Origin: Gammaproteobacteria bacterium
Lineage (GTDB): Bacteria > Pseudomonadota > Gammaproteobacteria > Ga0077536
Assembly: GCA_021773835.1 (NCBI GenBank)
Contig: JAJFJQ010000035.1
Coordinates: 109,781-173,780 of the forward strand
DNA length: 64,000 bases
Direction: 5' to 3'
Part shown: in pieces, positions 51,129 to 60,267 of the stretch
How the letters are laid out: every line of letters starts with the position of its first letter
Numbering within the stretch: position 1 is the stretch's first letter
Program-made: the position numbers and the translations under genes
The notes under the pieces: generated by a model
The model's database searches: none
The model's input: only the letters and a program-made list of their open reading frames with translations
Told to the model about the DNA's origin: nothing

Positions 51129-52001
51129 ATGACTACGGATACGACTGGGAATGCGTCTGTCCCTACCGTTAGTATCGGACTGCCGCTGTATAACGGGCAA
51201 AATTTCATTAAAGAAGCATTGGACTCGTTGCTGTCTCAATCATTTGAAGACTTTGAAATTATTGTCTCCGACAACGGCTCGACGGATTCATCCGTCGCTA
51301 TTGTTGAAAGCTACATTGCGAATGACCCGAGGATATCCCTGTATCAGCAGCAATGTAATATTGGCCCGGCGAAAAATTTCGAATTTGTATTAAACAAAGC
51401 GAATGGTGCCTTTTTTATGTGGGCAGCTCATGATGATGTATGGGATGTCAATTGGCTGCGGGTATTGTTGGATAGTCTAAGGGACGATGATATTGGTATC
51501 CGCGGGCTTATAAAGCTACAGCGTGGAGATGCGGTCATAGCGGAAAAGAAGGCCCCCGATTTAAGAAGACATCAGTTTATAAGCTGTTTTATGCGTAATG
51601 AAACAGACTATCGCAGTCATTATGCGTTTTGTCTTTTCCATCGCGAGAAACTATGTCGAGCAGACTTGAGCACCTTGTATATCGATTATTATCCTGATGC
51701 TTTATTCGTTTACGAATTGGTGAAGTATGGCAACCTTAGAACGACAGCAGACACCTATCAGAGATATCGTGTTCACGATCAGAATCTCGGCGCGGCATAT
51801 TCGAAGAAATGGAAGGGATTGCAAAAGATGCTCTACCGAGTTCACCCGTTGAGGTACTATCGTTATTATCTGCGATACACAGACGGTATCTTCAGAAATC
51901 TGATTATAATTTCCTTGATCCCGATAAAGCATATCTACGCTCAGGCTAGTTTCTGGTGTCGTGGTGCTCGCCAAATATTTTTCGGAAGAGAAATAATTTG
52001 A
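51129..52001 (+). CDS. Glycosyltransferase family 2
   Basis: 290 aa with an N-terminal GT-A fold (VSIGLPLYNGQNFIKEALDSLLSQSFEDFEIIVSDNGSTD) and a DxD-like region (AAHDDVWD). Confidence 0.75.
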   Translation: MTTDTTGNASVPTVSIGLPLYNGQNFIKEALDSLLSQSFEDFEIIVSDNGSTDSSVAIVESYIANDPRISLYQQQCNIGPAKNFEFVLNKANGAFFMWAAHDDVWDVNWLRVLLDSLRDDDIGIRGLIKLQRGDAVIAEKKAPDLRRHQFISCFMRNETDYRSHYAFCLFHREKLCRADLSTLYIDYYPDALFVYELVKYGNLRTTADTYQRYRVHDQNLGAAYSKKWKGLQKMLYRVHPLRYYRYYLRYTDGIFRNLIIISLIPIKHIYAQASFWCRGARQIFFGREII

Positions 52002-52207
52002 AAAGCCGCATTTTAAACGGCTCGAAATGTAATAGCCCGACGGCTCGGGTTGCACAACGTAGGGTTGACTGGAGTACGAAGTTTTTGAGAAACATTCGTA
52101 GACCGTGGCGCGCGTTGCTAATTGATAAAACGAGGACGAAAAAGCTACGCATACAGTGGATTTCTGGCATGAAGGTATGCTGCGCTCATGACGAGCCGAA
52201 AAAATAA

Positions 52208-53344
52208 ATGAAGGCGCCAATGATTAATATACTCACGGTCTTCGGCACTCGTCCGGAGACGATCAAGATGGCACCGCTAATTGCTGAGCTGGAAAGGCGT
52301 CCAAATTTCATTAAAAACCGCAACTGTCTCACCGGTCAGCATAAAGACATGGTTGCGCCACTTATCGATCTTTTTGGTATTCGAGTCGATCATAACCTCG
52401 ACTTAATGAGAGATAACCAGACGCTCGAACATATCACGGTCGCGGTACTACAAGAGATCTCCCATATCCTACGTGAGGAAGAATTCGATCTGCTATTGGT
52501 GCAGGGAGATACAACGACCTCTATGGCTGCTGCATTGGCGGCCTTTTATTCAGGGGTGAAAATTGGTCATGTGGAAGCGGGGTTACGCACATTTGATAAA
52601 TTTCATCCGTACCCGGAAGAGTCGAACAGAAAGATTATCGACTCGGTGTCGGACCTATTCTTTGCGCACACAGATGCGGCGAAACGGAATCTGGTCAAGG
52701 AAGGAATTGCAGAAGACCACGTTGCGGTTACCGGAAACACGGTGATCGACGCACTACTTGATATCTCAAATCGTCCTTTTAGTTTTTCCGGAACGGCGCT
52801 GGAATCCCTGCCATTCGACTCCAAACGAATAATTCTGGTCACTGCCCATCGTCGCGAAAGTTTCGGCGAGCCGTTTGAGTCCATGTGTCTTGGGTTGCGA
52901 CGACTTGCAGAGAAATATCGAGAGGAAATCGTTCTTGTATATCCGGTGCACCGAAACCCAAATGTCCGGAAGGTCGTGAATAGCATTTTGTCGGGCATTG
53001 ATAACGTGAATCTTATTGAACCATTGGATTACATGCCACTTGTTCACTTGATGAAGAATTCTTACATGGTGCTGACCGATTCAGGCGGACTGCAAGAAGA
53101 GGCTCCTAGCCTCGGTAAACCGGTTCTCGTACTGCGTAAGCTTACAGAGCGTCAGGAAGGAGTTGAGGCCGGAACAGTTAAAATAGTTGGAATGGATGCT
53201 GATGATATTGTCGCAGAGGCGTCTTTGCTACTCGATGATAAATCGACGTATAAGGCGATGACCGCAAAAATCAATCCGTACGGGGATGGAACAGCGAGCG
53301 TTCAGATTGTGAGTCGCATCCTCGATCAGTTCGGCCTGGACTAA
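52208..53344 (+). CDS. wecB: UDP-N-acetylglucosamine 2-epimerase (non-hydrolysing, WecB/MnaA-like)
   Basis: 378 aa (ILTVFGTRPETIKMAPLI, QGDTTTSMAAALAAFYSGVKIGHVEAGLRTFDKFHPYPEE, LTDSGGLQEEAPSLGKPVLVLR). Confidence 0.88.
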   Translation: MKAPMINILTVFGTRPETIKMAPLIAELERRPNFIKNRNCLTGQHKDMVAPLIDLFGIRVDHNLDLMRDNQTLEHITVAVLQEISHILREEEFDLLLVQGDTTTSMAAALAAFYSGVKIGHVEAGLRTFDKFHPYPEESNRKIIDSVSDLFFAHTDAAKRNLVKEGIAEDHVAVTGNTVIDALLDISNRPFSFSGTALESLPFDSKRIILVTAHRRESFGEPFESMCLGLRRLAEKYREEIVLVYPVHRNPNVRKVVNSILSGIDNVNLIEPLDYMPLVHLMKNSYMVLTDSGGLQEEAPSLGKPVLVLRKLTERQEGVEAGTVKIVGMDADDIVAEASLLLDDKSTYKAMTAKINPYGDGTASVQIVSRILDQFGLD

Positions 53345-53354
53345 GGAAGCAAAT

Positions 53355-54293
53355 ATGGGCATTGCTAAGCTTAAATCGCTGGTCAATTCTGTGCCGATGC
53401 TAAACGCCATAGCTCGATTCGTACATATGATCTATTCCATCAGCGTAAATAAATGCTTAAAAACCCTTACGTTTTCCCCTCCAGGTCACTTCTATTCACC
53501 GTTACCGAATTTGAAACATGTCGCGGAGAACGCCGGAAGTATATTTCACAAAGCGACGACACTCCCTGCTATCGAACTAAGATCAGTTCAGCAGCTGGAA
53601 TTATTAGAGAACTTTCGGCAATACGGTGCAGGTGATGCGCTTCACGAGCGGCAGTCTCCTTCGGTGAGATACTATTCAGATAACCCCTACTTTGGAGATG
53701 GAGATGCAGTAATCCTTTTCAGTTTATTGCGCCATTTCAAACCGAAACAGCTTATCGAAGTCGGCTCCGGATTTTCTTCCGCGCTAATTCTCGACATCAA
53801 TGACGAGTTCTTTGGTAACGAGATCGATTTGACGTTTATTGAACCGTTTAGTGAACGTCTACTCGGGTTATTGTCAGGCAACGATAAAGACAAGTGCCGC
53901 CTGATTGAAGAACCAGTTCAACAGGTTTCGATTGAGATTTTCAATGCGCTAGATAGTAACGACGTGCTATTCATCGATTCGTCGCACATCGTGAAGGTTG
54001 GAAGCGACGTAACGCACATTATTTTAAACATCCTACCCGCCTTGAAGCCCGGCGTTATCGTCCATTTTCATGATATCTTGTGGCCGTTCGAGTACCCAGA
54101 AGATTGGCTTATGCAAGGTATTTCATGGAATGAGGCCTACTTCCTACGTGCGTTCCTGGAATATAACCAAGCGTTCGAGATTCTTTACTTTAATTCGTAC
54201 ATCGCGGAATGCTTTCCAGATCAACTCACCAATTGTTTTTCTAAACCGCTGAAAAATACTGGCGGGAGCATTTGGTTACGCAAAATTTCATGA
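53355..54293 (+). CDS. Class I SAM-dependent methyltransferase-like protein (Methyltransf_24-like)
   Basis: 312 aa with a glycine-rich SAM motif (LIEVGSGFSS) and DxxFIDxxH-type blocks (VLFIDSSH, HFHDI), as in sugar O-methyltransferases of this fold. Assigned by motif only. Confidence 0.5.
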   Translation: MGIAKLKSLVNSVPMLNAIARFVHMIYSISVNKCLKTLTFSPPGHFYSPLPNLKHVAENAGSIFHKATTLPAIELRSVQQLELLENFRQYGAGDALHERQSPSVRYYSDNPYFGDGDAVILFSLLRHFKPKQLIEVGSGFSSALILDINDEFFGNEIDLTFIEPFSERLLGLLSGNDKDKCRLIEEPVQQVSIEIFNALDSNDVLFIDSSHIVKVGSDVTHIILNILPALKPGVIVHFHDILWPFEYPEDWLMQGISWNEAYFLRAFLEYNQAFEILYFNSYIAECFPDQLTNCFSKPLKNTGGSIWLRKIS

Positions 54294-54404
54294 TGCCTGA
54301 GTTCGAATTCGCGATATCGCCAAGGTCGTTATTAATCCAGCCAATTTGTATACGCCCTATCGAAGCCGGGTTGTCGAATCATTATTTTTTCACGAGCTGC
54401 ACAA

Positions 54405-55901
54405 CTAAAATCGTATTTCTGAGAGCTTATTTCTACCCAAGGGGGTGCTTAGCATCGCTATAAAGCCTGCGATAATGGCGGCGATGAAAATTACGAGGAA
54501 ATTTTGAATTTGTTCCGCGTAATCTGGCTGACCAACGTACCATCTAATTGCAAGGCATGGGACAACAACAGAAACGACCGGCAAAATAAACGCATGTAAA
54601 TACCATCGCATCTTTTCCTGTGACAAAAATTTCCGATGCATCAGTGGAACGCCGACGAGTATGTATATTGTGTTTAGTAGTACCCAAACGTACGCAGCAC
54701 CAATCATCCCAAAACTTGTCACACCCCAATACATTAGTGGGATCAGGATGACGACGAGTGCGGAATTCAACATGATTGTTAATCGAGTATGGCCGTAGGA
54801 AAGCTGTAAAACATACGGCAGTCCCATTAACCCATTTAGTACGGTACCTATTGCATATACTGTCAGAACGCTCGCACTAGCTATCGCGGTTGTTTCGTCT
54901 TGCGTCCACAGCATCAATAGCTCGGCTGCGTAAATTGAAATGATCGCTCCGGATGATACGAGAATGATGGCTAGTAGCTGGGCTAACTTGTGGTAGGTTT
55001 GCGCTAACAGCTCTATCTCGTTTTTCGCAATTAATTCCGTCATTTTCGGATACGCTCCGTTTATCGTCGGGGCGCTGAGAGAAGTCAGTGCGCCGCAAAC
55101 GGAAGTCGCAAGCGTATAGAACCCTAAATATTGCAACGGGAGCAAAAGGGAAATAAATACCTTATCTGCCTGCACTAATACCGTTGCTAAAATATTTACG
55201 CTGAACACGCCAAACGCGAAATTCCATACGCGTTTTAATATCTGAATATCAAAATAGATCCGTTCGTTTGATTTCGGGATCAACAGGTAGGTTTTATATC
55301 TGACTACAATTAATTCGGCGACCGCGGTAACCGCTTGAAATGCGAAGAATGCTTCGATCGTGGGTGACACAAGAATGATAAATGGAATGACCCCAAGGCC
55401 ACGTACGGTTGCGAAAAACACGATGCACTTATTGAGCCACACCTGTTCTTGTAGGCCCATGATCGCGCCCCGATACAAGGTCATAAACCATCGGGTGGCG
55501 ATAATAAACCCCATGATTACGATCGCTGTTTCTACTGATGATATGGATAGCTTCTCCACTTTTAGCCATGAGCCGGCAAGTGGGGCTGCGAACACGAGTG
55601 TTCCGCAAATGATAATTCCAACGATGACGATGTAGATCGATTCGAGCGTGCGAAGCAGGCGCCGTACTGACACGTTGTCGTAATCGCCAGCTCTATACTT
55701 CGCCATTTCTCTATTGATGGTAGGGGTCATGCCCATGTCCAACAATGCTATCCATGCTTGCATGGTGACGTACACGCCAATTAGGCCATAGGCTTCGATT
55801 CCGAGATATCTAATATAGACGGGTACAAACGCGATACCCATCAATATTGTCCATGTGCCTCCTATGTAATTTGCGATGACATTTTGTTTGAGGGTGGGCA
55901 T
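54405..55901 (-). CDS. wzx: Oligosaccharide flippase Wzx (MOP/PST family)
   Basis: 498 aa with about 12-14 TM helices. The N-terminus (NVIANYIGGTWTILMGIAFVPVYIRYLGIEAYGLIGV) is typical of Wzx/RfbX. Confidence 0.8.
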   Translation of the reverse strand: MPTLKQNVIANYIGGTWTILMGIAFVPVYIRYLGIEAYGLIGVYVTMQAWIALLDMGMTPTINREMAKYRAGDYDNVSVRRLLRTLESIYIVIVGIIICGTLVFAAPLAGSWLKVEKLSISSVETAIVIMGFIIATRWFMTLYRGAIMGLQEQVWLNKCIVFFATVRGLGVIPFIILVSPTIEAFFAFQAVTAVAELIVVRYKTYLLIPKSNERIYFDIQILKRVWNFAFGVFSVNILATVLVQADKVFISLLLPLQYLGFYTLATSVCGALTSLSAPTINGAYPKMTELIAKNEIELLAQTYHKLAQLLAIILVSSGAIISIYAAELLMLWTQDETTAIASASVLTVYAIGTVLNGLMGLPYVLQLSYGHTRLTIMLNSALVVILIPLMYWGVTSFGMIGAAYVWVLLNTIYILVGVPLMHRKFLSQEKMRWYLHAFILPVVSVVVPCLAIRWYVGQPDYAEQIQNFLVIFIAAIIAGFIAMLSTPLGRNKLSEIRF

Positions 55902-55908
55902 CTAAATG

Positions 55909-56715
55909 TTAAACGCGCTTGAGATACCCGGACGGCGCGGTTGTCAGCAGCAGCTTGTCTTCAATGTGGTTTGCTATTTGGAGTTTCAGAATGTTCCCGT
56001 CACTCGCTAAGGTTGCGCCGTCATCTAAGGTTTTTAGGTATTGAATTACGGCTGTCTTCGCATTGTTTCCGACTCCCCATGGGCGATCGTCGAAAAATGA
56101 ATCCGACAGATCCTCGATCAACGTGTCGAAAACGATGCAATAACTCCCTGAGCTGACGAGGGGTGCGTAAGCCTCCAACTCCCCGAGTACGTGGTCGTGC
56201 GTGTGATTCGAATCGAGCATTACGAGGACAGTGTTGAACGGTTTCGACAGTTCCTGAACCTTCGCCACAGTGTCAGGGCTAATCGAAGAACCCTCAATCA
56301 GGTCAATTCGACTAAACATGGGGTGTCTTTCTATCTCGCGTCGATTATGAGACCGAATATCGATGTCTATCGCGAGCACTTTACGTTTAGGCTGATTAGG
56401 ATCCAAGGATTCGCCCGCCGCAACCGCGTCACTGTAGTCTAGGAGCGCTAGCATCGAGGCCGTAAAAATGACTGAGCCCCCATGTGCAATACCGGTTTCG
56501 ATTACCAGATCAGGTTTGACCGTCCAAATTAATTCTTGGACAGCCACAATATCCTGAGGGTACTGAATTATGGGGCGCCCTAACCAATCAAAATTGTATG
56601 AGTACCGCGCGGTAACTGATTCATCGAGAAATGCCGCCGCGGCTGCTTGCAGGCTCGCACTCGATCGATAGGTCGAAATTGACGCGTTGCGTTCGTCGTT
56701 AAAATTTTCAGCCAT
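55909..56715 (-). CDS. CmcI/cephalosporin-hydroxylase-family methyltransferase (sugar O-methyltransferase type)
   Basis: 268 aa with the conserved core VIETGIAHGGSVIF and an acidic pocket LVMLDSNHTHDHV, as in CmcI / rhamnosyl O-methyltransferases. Confidence 0.65.
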   Translation of the reverse strand: MAENFNDERNASISTYRSSASLQAAAAAFLDESVTARYSYNFDWLGRPIIQYPQDIVAVQELIWTVKPDLVIETGIAHGGSVIFTASMLALLDYSDAVAAGESLDPNQPKRKVLAIDIDIRSHNRREIERHPMFSRIDLIEGSSISPDTVAKVQELSKPFNTVLVMLDSNHTHDHVLGELEAYAPLVSSGSYCIVFDTLIEDLSDSFFDDRPWGVGNNAKTAVIQYLKTLDDGATLASDGNILKLQIANHIEDKLLLTTAPSGYLKRV

Positions 56716-57245
56716 GCTGTTTCCTCGAAATTTAAATTAGCGGTCCTGCGTAGATAGCCGTTGTACTACCGCAGTAATTACGCACGTCGGCTCGGTACCA
56801 CAGAAGGCGATTACTGCCTTACATTGAGACATCTAATACTGAGAAGACTATACTTAATCAGTACTTTATAGGCGAAATCTAAGATTTTACAAGCGCAATA
56901 AACTGATGTTTCTCACAATGGGATCGGATCTGCGCTTTGTATGCTTGAAATAAGCGACGGGTCGCGCAGGTCCCGGGCATAGCTACTGCAAGCCTGGCTT
57001 CGGCTGCGGTATAAGTTCGATGCGGTTTCGGTTTTCTGCAGTGAGACGCGAATCTATGATTGTTTTCCGTAGCCCACTCGAGTGGAGATCGGAAACATCA
57101 CATTAATTCTTGCTAGTGAAGTCGTGTGTGGTAATTGAAGGAAGACCCGAAGCGGAAGTGTAACGATGAATATTCAAAAACTGCGGCCCCACAGACACCC
57201 AAGGGGCAGAAACGAGTACCGACATGCGGCAGTTATTTCTGAGGT

Positions 57246-58364
57246 GTGGAGCCAATGAAAGAGCGAATACATTACACCAAACCTTCCGTAACTGACCGTG
57301 AAGTGGACTTTGCAAGTGACGCGGCAAGAAATGGTTGGGGGGAAAAGTGTTATGAGTACATTGGTCGCTTTGAGGAAATGTTCAAGCAATACACGGGGGC
57401 AAAATACGCTATATCGACCTCCAGTTGCACTGGCGCATTGCATCTGGGAATGGCGGCTTTGGGGATCGGGCCTGGCGATGAGGTAATCCTTGCTGACACC
57501 AATTGGATAGCTACGGCCGCACCCATTACATATCTTGGCGCCAAACCAGTCCTTGTTGATATTCTGCCTGATAGTTGGTGCATCGATCCTGACAAGATTG
57601 AAGCCGCTATTACACCGAATACTAAAGGGATAATAGCGGTCCACCTGTATGGCAATCTGTGTGAGATGGATCGCCTACTCGATATCGGTGAAAAGTATGG
57701 ACTGCCGATAATTGAAGATTCGGCTGAAGCCCTCGGTTCATTCTGGAATCAGAAACATACCGGCACTATGGGTAGGTTCGGTACTTTTTCTTTTCATGGC
57801 ACCAAGGCCATTACAACCGGCGAAGGTGGCATGTTCATTACTAACGACGAAGATCTCTACGACACTGTTTCGGTTTTAAGCAATCACGGACGCTCGAGTT
57901 CCCAAACGAAACAATTTTGGCCCGATATGATCGGATTTAAATACAAACTATCCAACATACAGGCTGCAATCGGATGTGCTCAGATGGAGCGGATTGAAGA
58001 ATTAATTACTCGTAAACGAGAGATTTTTGCCTATTACCATCAGCACTTAGGTGGAATCGATGGTATCCATATGAACCCCGAGCAAGAAGGGAATAAAAAT
58101 AGTTATTGGATGCCAACTGTGGTATTCGATAAGGCGCTGGGCATTTCCCGGGAAGCGGCGATGGATGCCTTCAGTAAGGAAAACATTGATGCGAGGGTAT
58201 TTTTTTGGCCATTGAGTGCGCTAGATATGTTCGAAGACGTTCTGCAGAACACTAACGCCTGGGATATACCGGCGCGCGCGATCAACCTTCCGAGCTATCA
58301 TGATCTTTCGATTGCCCAGCTGGACAGGGTATCCAGTGTCATACAAGACGGATTATTAAGATGA
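57246..58364 (+). CDS. DegT/DnrJ/EryC1/StrS-family PLP-dependent sugar aminotransferase
   Basis: 372 aa with a GTG start (alternative ATG at 57255). The PLP-lysine region FSFHGTKAITTGEGG is diagnostic. Confidence 0.85.
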   Translation: MEPMKERIHYTKPSVTDREVDFASDAARNGWGEKCYEYIGRFEEMFKQYTGAKYAISTSSCTGALHLGMAALGIGPGDEVILADTNWIATAAPITYLGAKPVLVDILPDSWCIDPDKIEAAITPNTKGIIAVHLYGNLCEMDRLLDIGEKYGLPIIEDSAEALGSFWNQKHTGTMGRFGTFSFHGTKAITTGEGGMFITNDEDLYDTVSVLSNHGRSSSQTKQFWPDMIGFKYKLSNIQAAIGCAQMERIEELITRKREIFAYYHQHLGGIDGIHMNPEQEGNKNSYWMPTVVFDKALGISREAAMDAFSKENIDARVFFWPLSALDMFEDVLQNTNAWDIPARAINLPSYHDLSIAQLDRVSSVIQDGLLR

Positions 58365-59002
58365 AACCCGTAGTCGTATGGGGGGGCACCGGACAACTCG
58401 TTGTTATTGACGAATTTATTAAAGATTTAGGATATGAAATAAAGGCAGTTATCGATAACGACTCGTCTGTTAAAGCGCAGATCGAAGGTGCGCAGACTTA
58501 TCATCAGGAGGAAGGGCTAAATCGATTTCTGTCAAGTTACCAAGGCGAGGCCTTGGGGTTTATCGTGGCTATCGGTGGTGATAAAGGGAAGGACCGTTTT
58601 GAAATATCCACTCTGCTCCAAAGTTATAATTTGTACCCCGTCAAGATCGTACACCCCCGGGCGTATATAGCTCGAAGTGCTAAAGTTGGCGAGGGATGCC
58701 AAGTCATGGCCAACGCAACCCTTGGAGCAAGAGCCGTTCTAGGTCGTTATTCACTGCTGAACACCGGCTGCGTGGTCGACCATGAATGTCAATTAGGTAT
58801 CGGTGTCCATATTGGGCCTGGCGCGTCTCTCGCTGGTTCGGTCGAAGTGGGTGATTACTCGTTTATCGGAACGGGTGCGGTTGTACTGCCGAAACTCCAT
58901 ATCGGACGGAACAGTATTGTCGGTGCCGGCAGCGTTGTGACCAGAAACGTCCCACACAATACGGTTTGCTATGGAAACCCGGCTCGAGTGAGGCAAAAAT
59001 GA
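58361..59002 (+). CDS. Sugar N-acetyltransferase, NeuD/PglD-type (left-handed beta-helix)
   Basis: 213 aa. The N-terminal Rossmann-like part (VVVWGGTGQLVVIDEF) is followed by hexapeptide repeats. Overlaps the aminotransferase stop (ATGA). Confidence 0.75.
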   Translation: MKPVVVWGGTGQLVVIDEFIKDLGYEIKAVIDNDSSVKAQIEGAQTYHQEEGLNRFLSSYQGEALGFIVAIGGDKGKDRFEISTLLQSYNLYPVKIVHPRAYIARSAKVGEGCQVMANATLGARAVLGRYSLLNTGCVVDHECQLGIGVHIGPGASLAGSVEVGDYSFIGTGAVVLPKLHIGRNSIVGAGSVVTRNVPHNTVCYGNPARVRQK

Positions 59003-59310
59003 TCATATTGAACGATTGAGATTGCGCGCTACTAACAACGCACGCGTGGCACGTTATTTTGGGCATATTAAATTCATGAAACAGCGCTTCGAACTCGTCA
59101 ACCTGCCCGCGCCAGGGAGGTGAAGTTGCAATCGACCGTCGGAAGTTCTCATGACAAGCGATGATGAGATCTTACCGCTGTTGAGTAAGGCCACATCGAC
59201 CTTATGATCGTGCTCCAATGCACCTTGGTCATGCTTCGGAGACATTGATAGAATGTGCGCTGCTGGATTCTCTTGCTCTTTCCTGTCGTCGAATTATCAA
59301 GGTACTAAAT

Positions 59311-60099
59311 ATGTCGAAGCGTGAAATTTCGAAGGGTCCCAAGAGCGAGCGTAAGGGAAGCGTTTATCCCCACGACGAAGACATATCCGATCGGCTTGAT
59401 GTCATAGTCAAGGAATTCGAAAGGCCAATACAAGATGTCCTGGAATCTTTTCCCGTTTACGCGAGACGGATACATCTGACGAGATTCCTCGCGCATTACG
59501 AACTCTATAAGCAAGTTGCGGACTTACCCGGATCCATATTCGAGTGTGGTGTTTACCGCGGTAGTGGACTATTTACCTGGGCTAAGTTGTTGGAAATATT
59601 CCATCCAGGAGATCGTCTGCGAAAAGTGATTGGATTTGATAACTTCGAAGGTTTTGTTTCTTTCCACTCGAAGGACGGAGCAGAGCAGCAGGACCGTGCA
59701 AAAACGATCGGGGGGTGGAACGCGGGCGACTATTATCCGGAACTTTTAAAGCACATTGATATATTCCACGAGGATAGCTTTCTACCTCGCGCTACGAGAA
59801 TTGAGCTCGTCGCCGGCGATCTTGCACAAAGCGCATCCAAGTATGTATCCGAAAATCCCGGAACTCGAATATCGTTGTTACATCTTGATGTTGATCTGTA
59901 CGAACCAACTATAGCGGCTCTTAAGGCATTTTATCCGCTAGTCGTCGAAGGCGGACTTATCGTACTTGACGAATACGGTATTAAGGACTGGCCAGGGGCA
60001 AGTCAGGCCGTCGAAGAATACTTTTCGGATCAAATGCCCCGAATACAAAAGCTCCCGTACTGTTCGTCTCCTGGAGGCTACATCGTGAAGGGCAGTTAA
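59311..60099 (+). CDS. TylF/MycF-family (macrocin-type) O-methyltransferase
   Basis: ORF 59218..60099. ATG at 59311 (MSKREIS...). Motifs IFECGVYRGSG, GFDNFEGF and LHLDVDLYEPT match the TylF family. Confidence 0.7.
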   Translation: MSKREISKGPKSERKGSVYPHDEDISDRLDVIVKEFERPIQDVLESFPVYARRIHLTRFLAHYELYKQVADLPGSIFECGVYRGSGLFTWAKLLEIFHPGDRLRKVIGFDNFEGFVSFHSKDGAEQQDRAKTIGGWNAGDYYPELLKHIDIFHEDSFLPRATRIELVAGDLAQSASKYVSENPGTRISLLHLDVDLYEPTIAALKAFYPLVVEGGLIVLDEYGIKDWPGASQAVEEYFSDQMPRIQKLPYCSSPGGYIVKGS

Positions 60100-60267
60100 A
60101 CACCAACGAAAAAAGTCAATCGTCTTGCGTAGGTTGAAATAGCAAGAAAACTATAGCAAAGCCGGCGTTAGATGCCATGCGCTGGGGGCCGGCTGCCCTG
60201 GCACCCGGCATTCGTCTTCGTCCCAGTTTCTAATGCAACACTAGCCCTATCACAAGGTGTCGCTGCG

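Noticed and set aside
51956-52207. 83-aa highly basic ORF between the GT2 and wecB genes.
   Set aside because: It starts inside the GT2 coding region and has an Arg/Lys-rich biased composition. It is more likely an intergenic leader than a gene.
54311-54320. Perfect 10-bp palindrome GCGATATCGC between the methyltransferase gene and the convergent wzx gene.
   Set aside because: It is too short and has no loop or U-tract to call a terminator. It could be a restriction-site-like palindrome by chance.
57174-57644. 156-aa minus-strand ORF overlapping the aminotransferase start and upstream region.
   Set aside because: Overlaps the DegT-family gene in antisense. No SD or features. Likely a chance ORF in the AT-richer island.
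59047-59065. TGGCAC motif (TGGCACgttattttGGGCA) upstream of the TylF-like gene that looked like a second sigma54 promoter.
   Set aside because: The GG-to-GC spacing is 3 nt too long for a -24/-12 promoter, so it is probably fortuitous.
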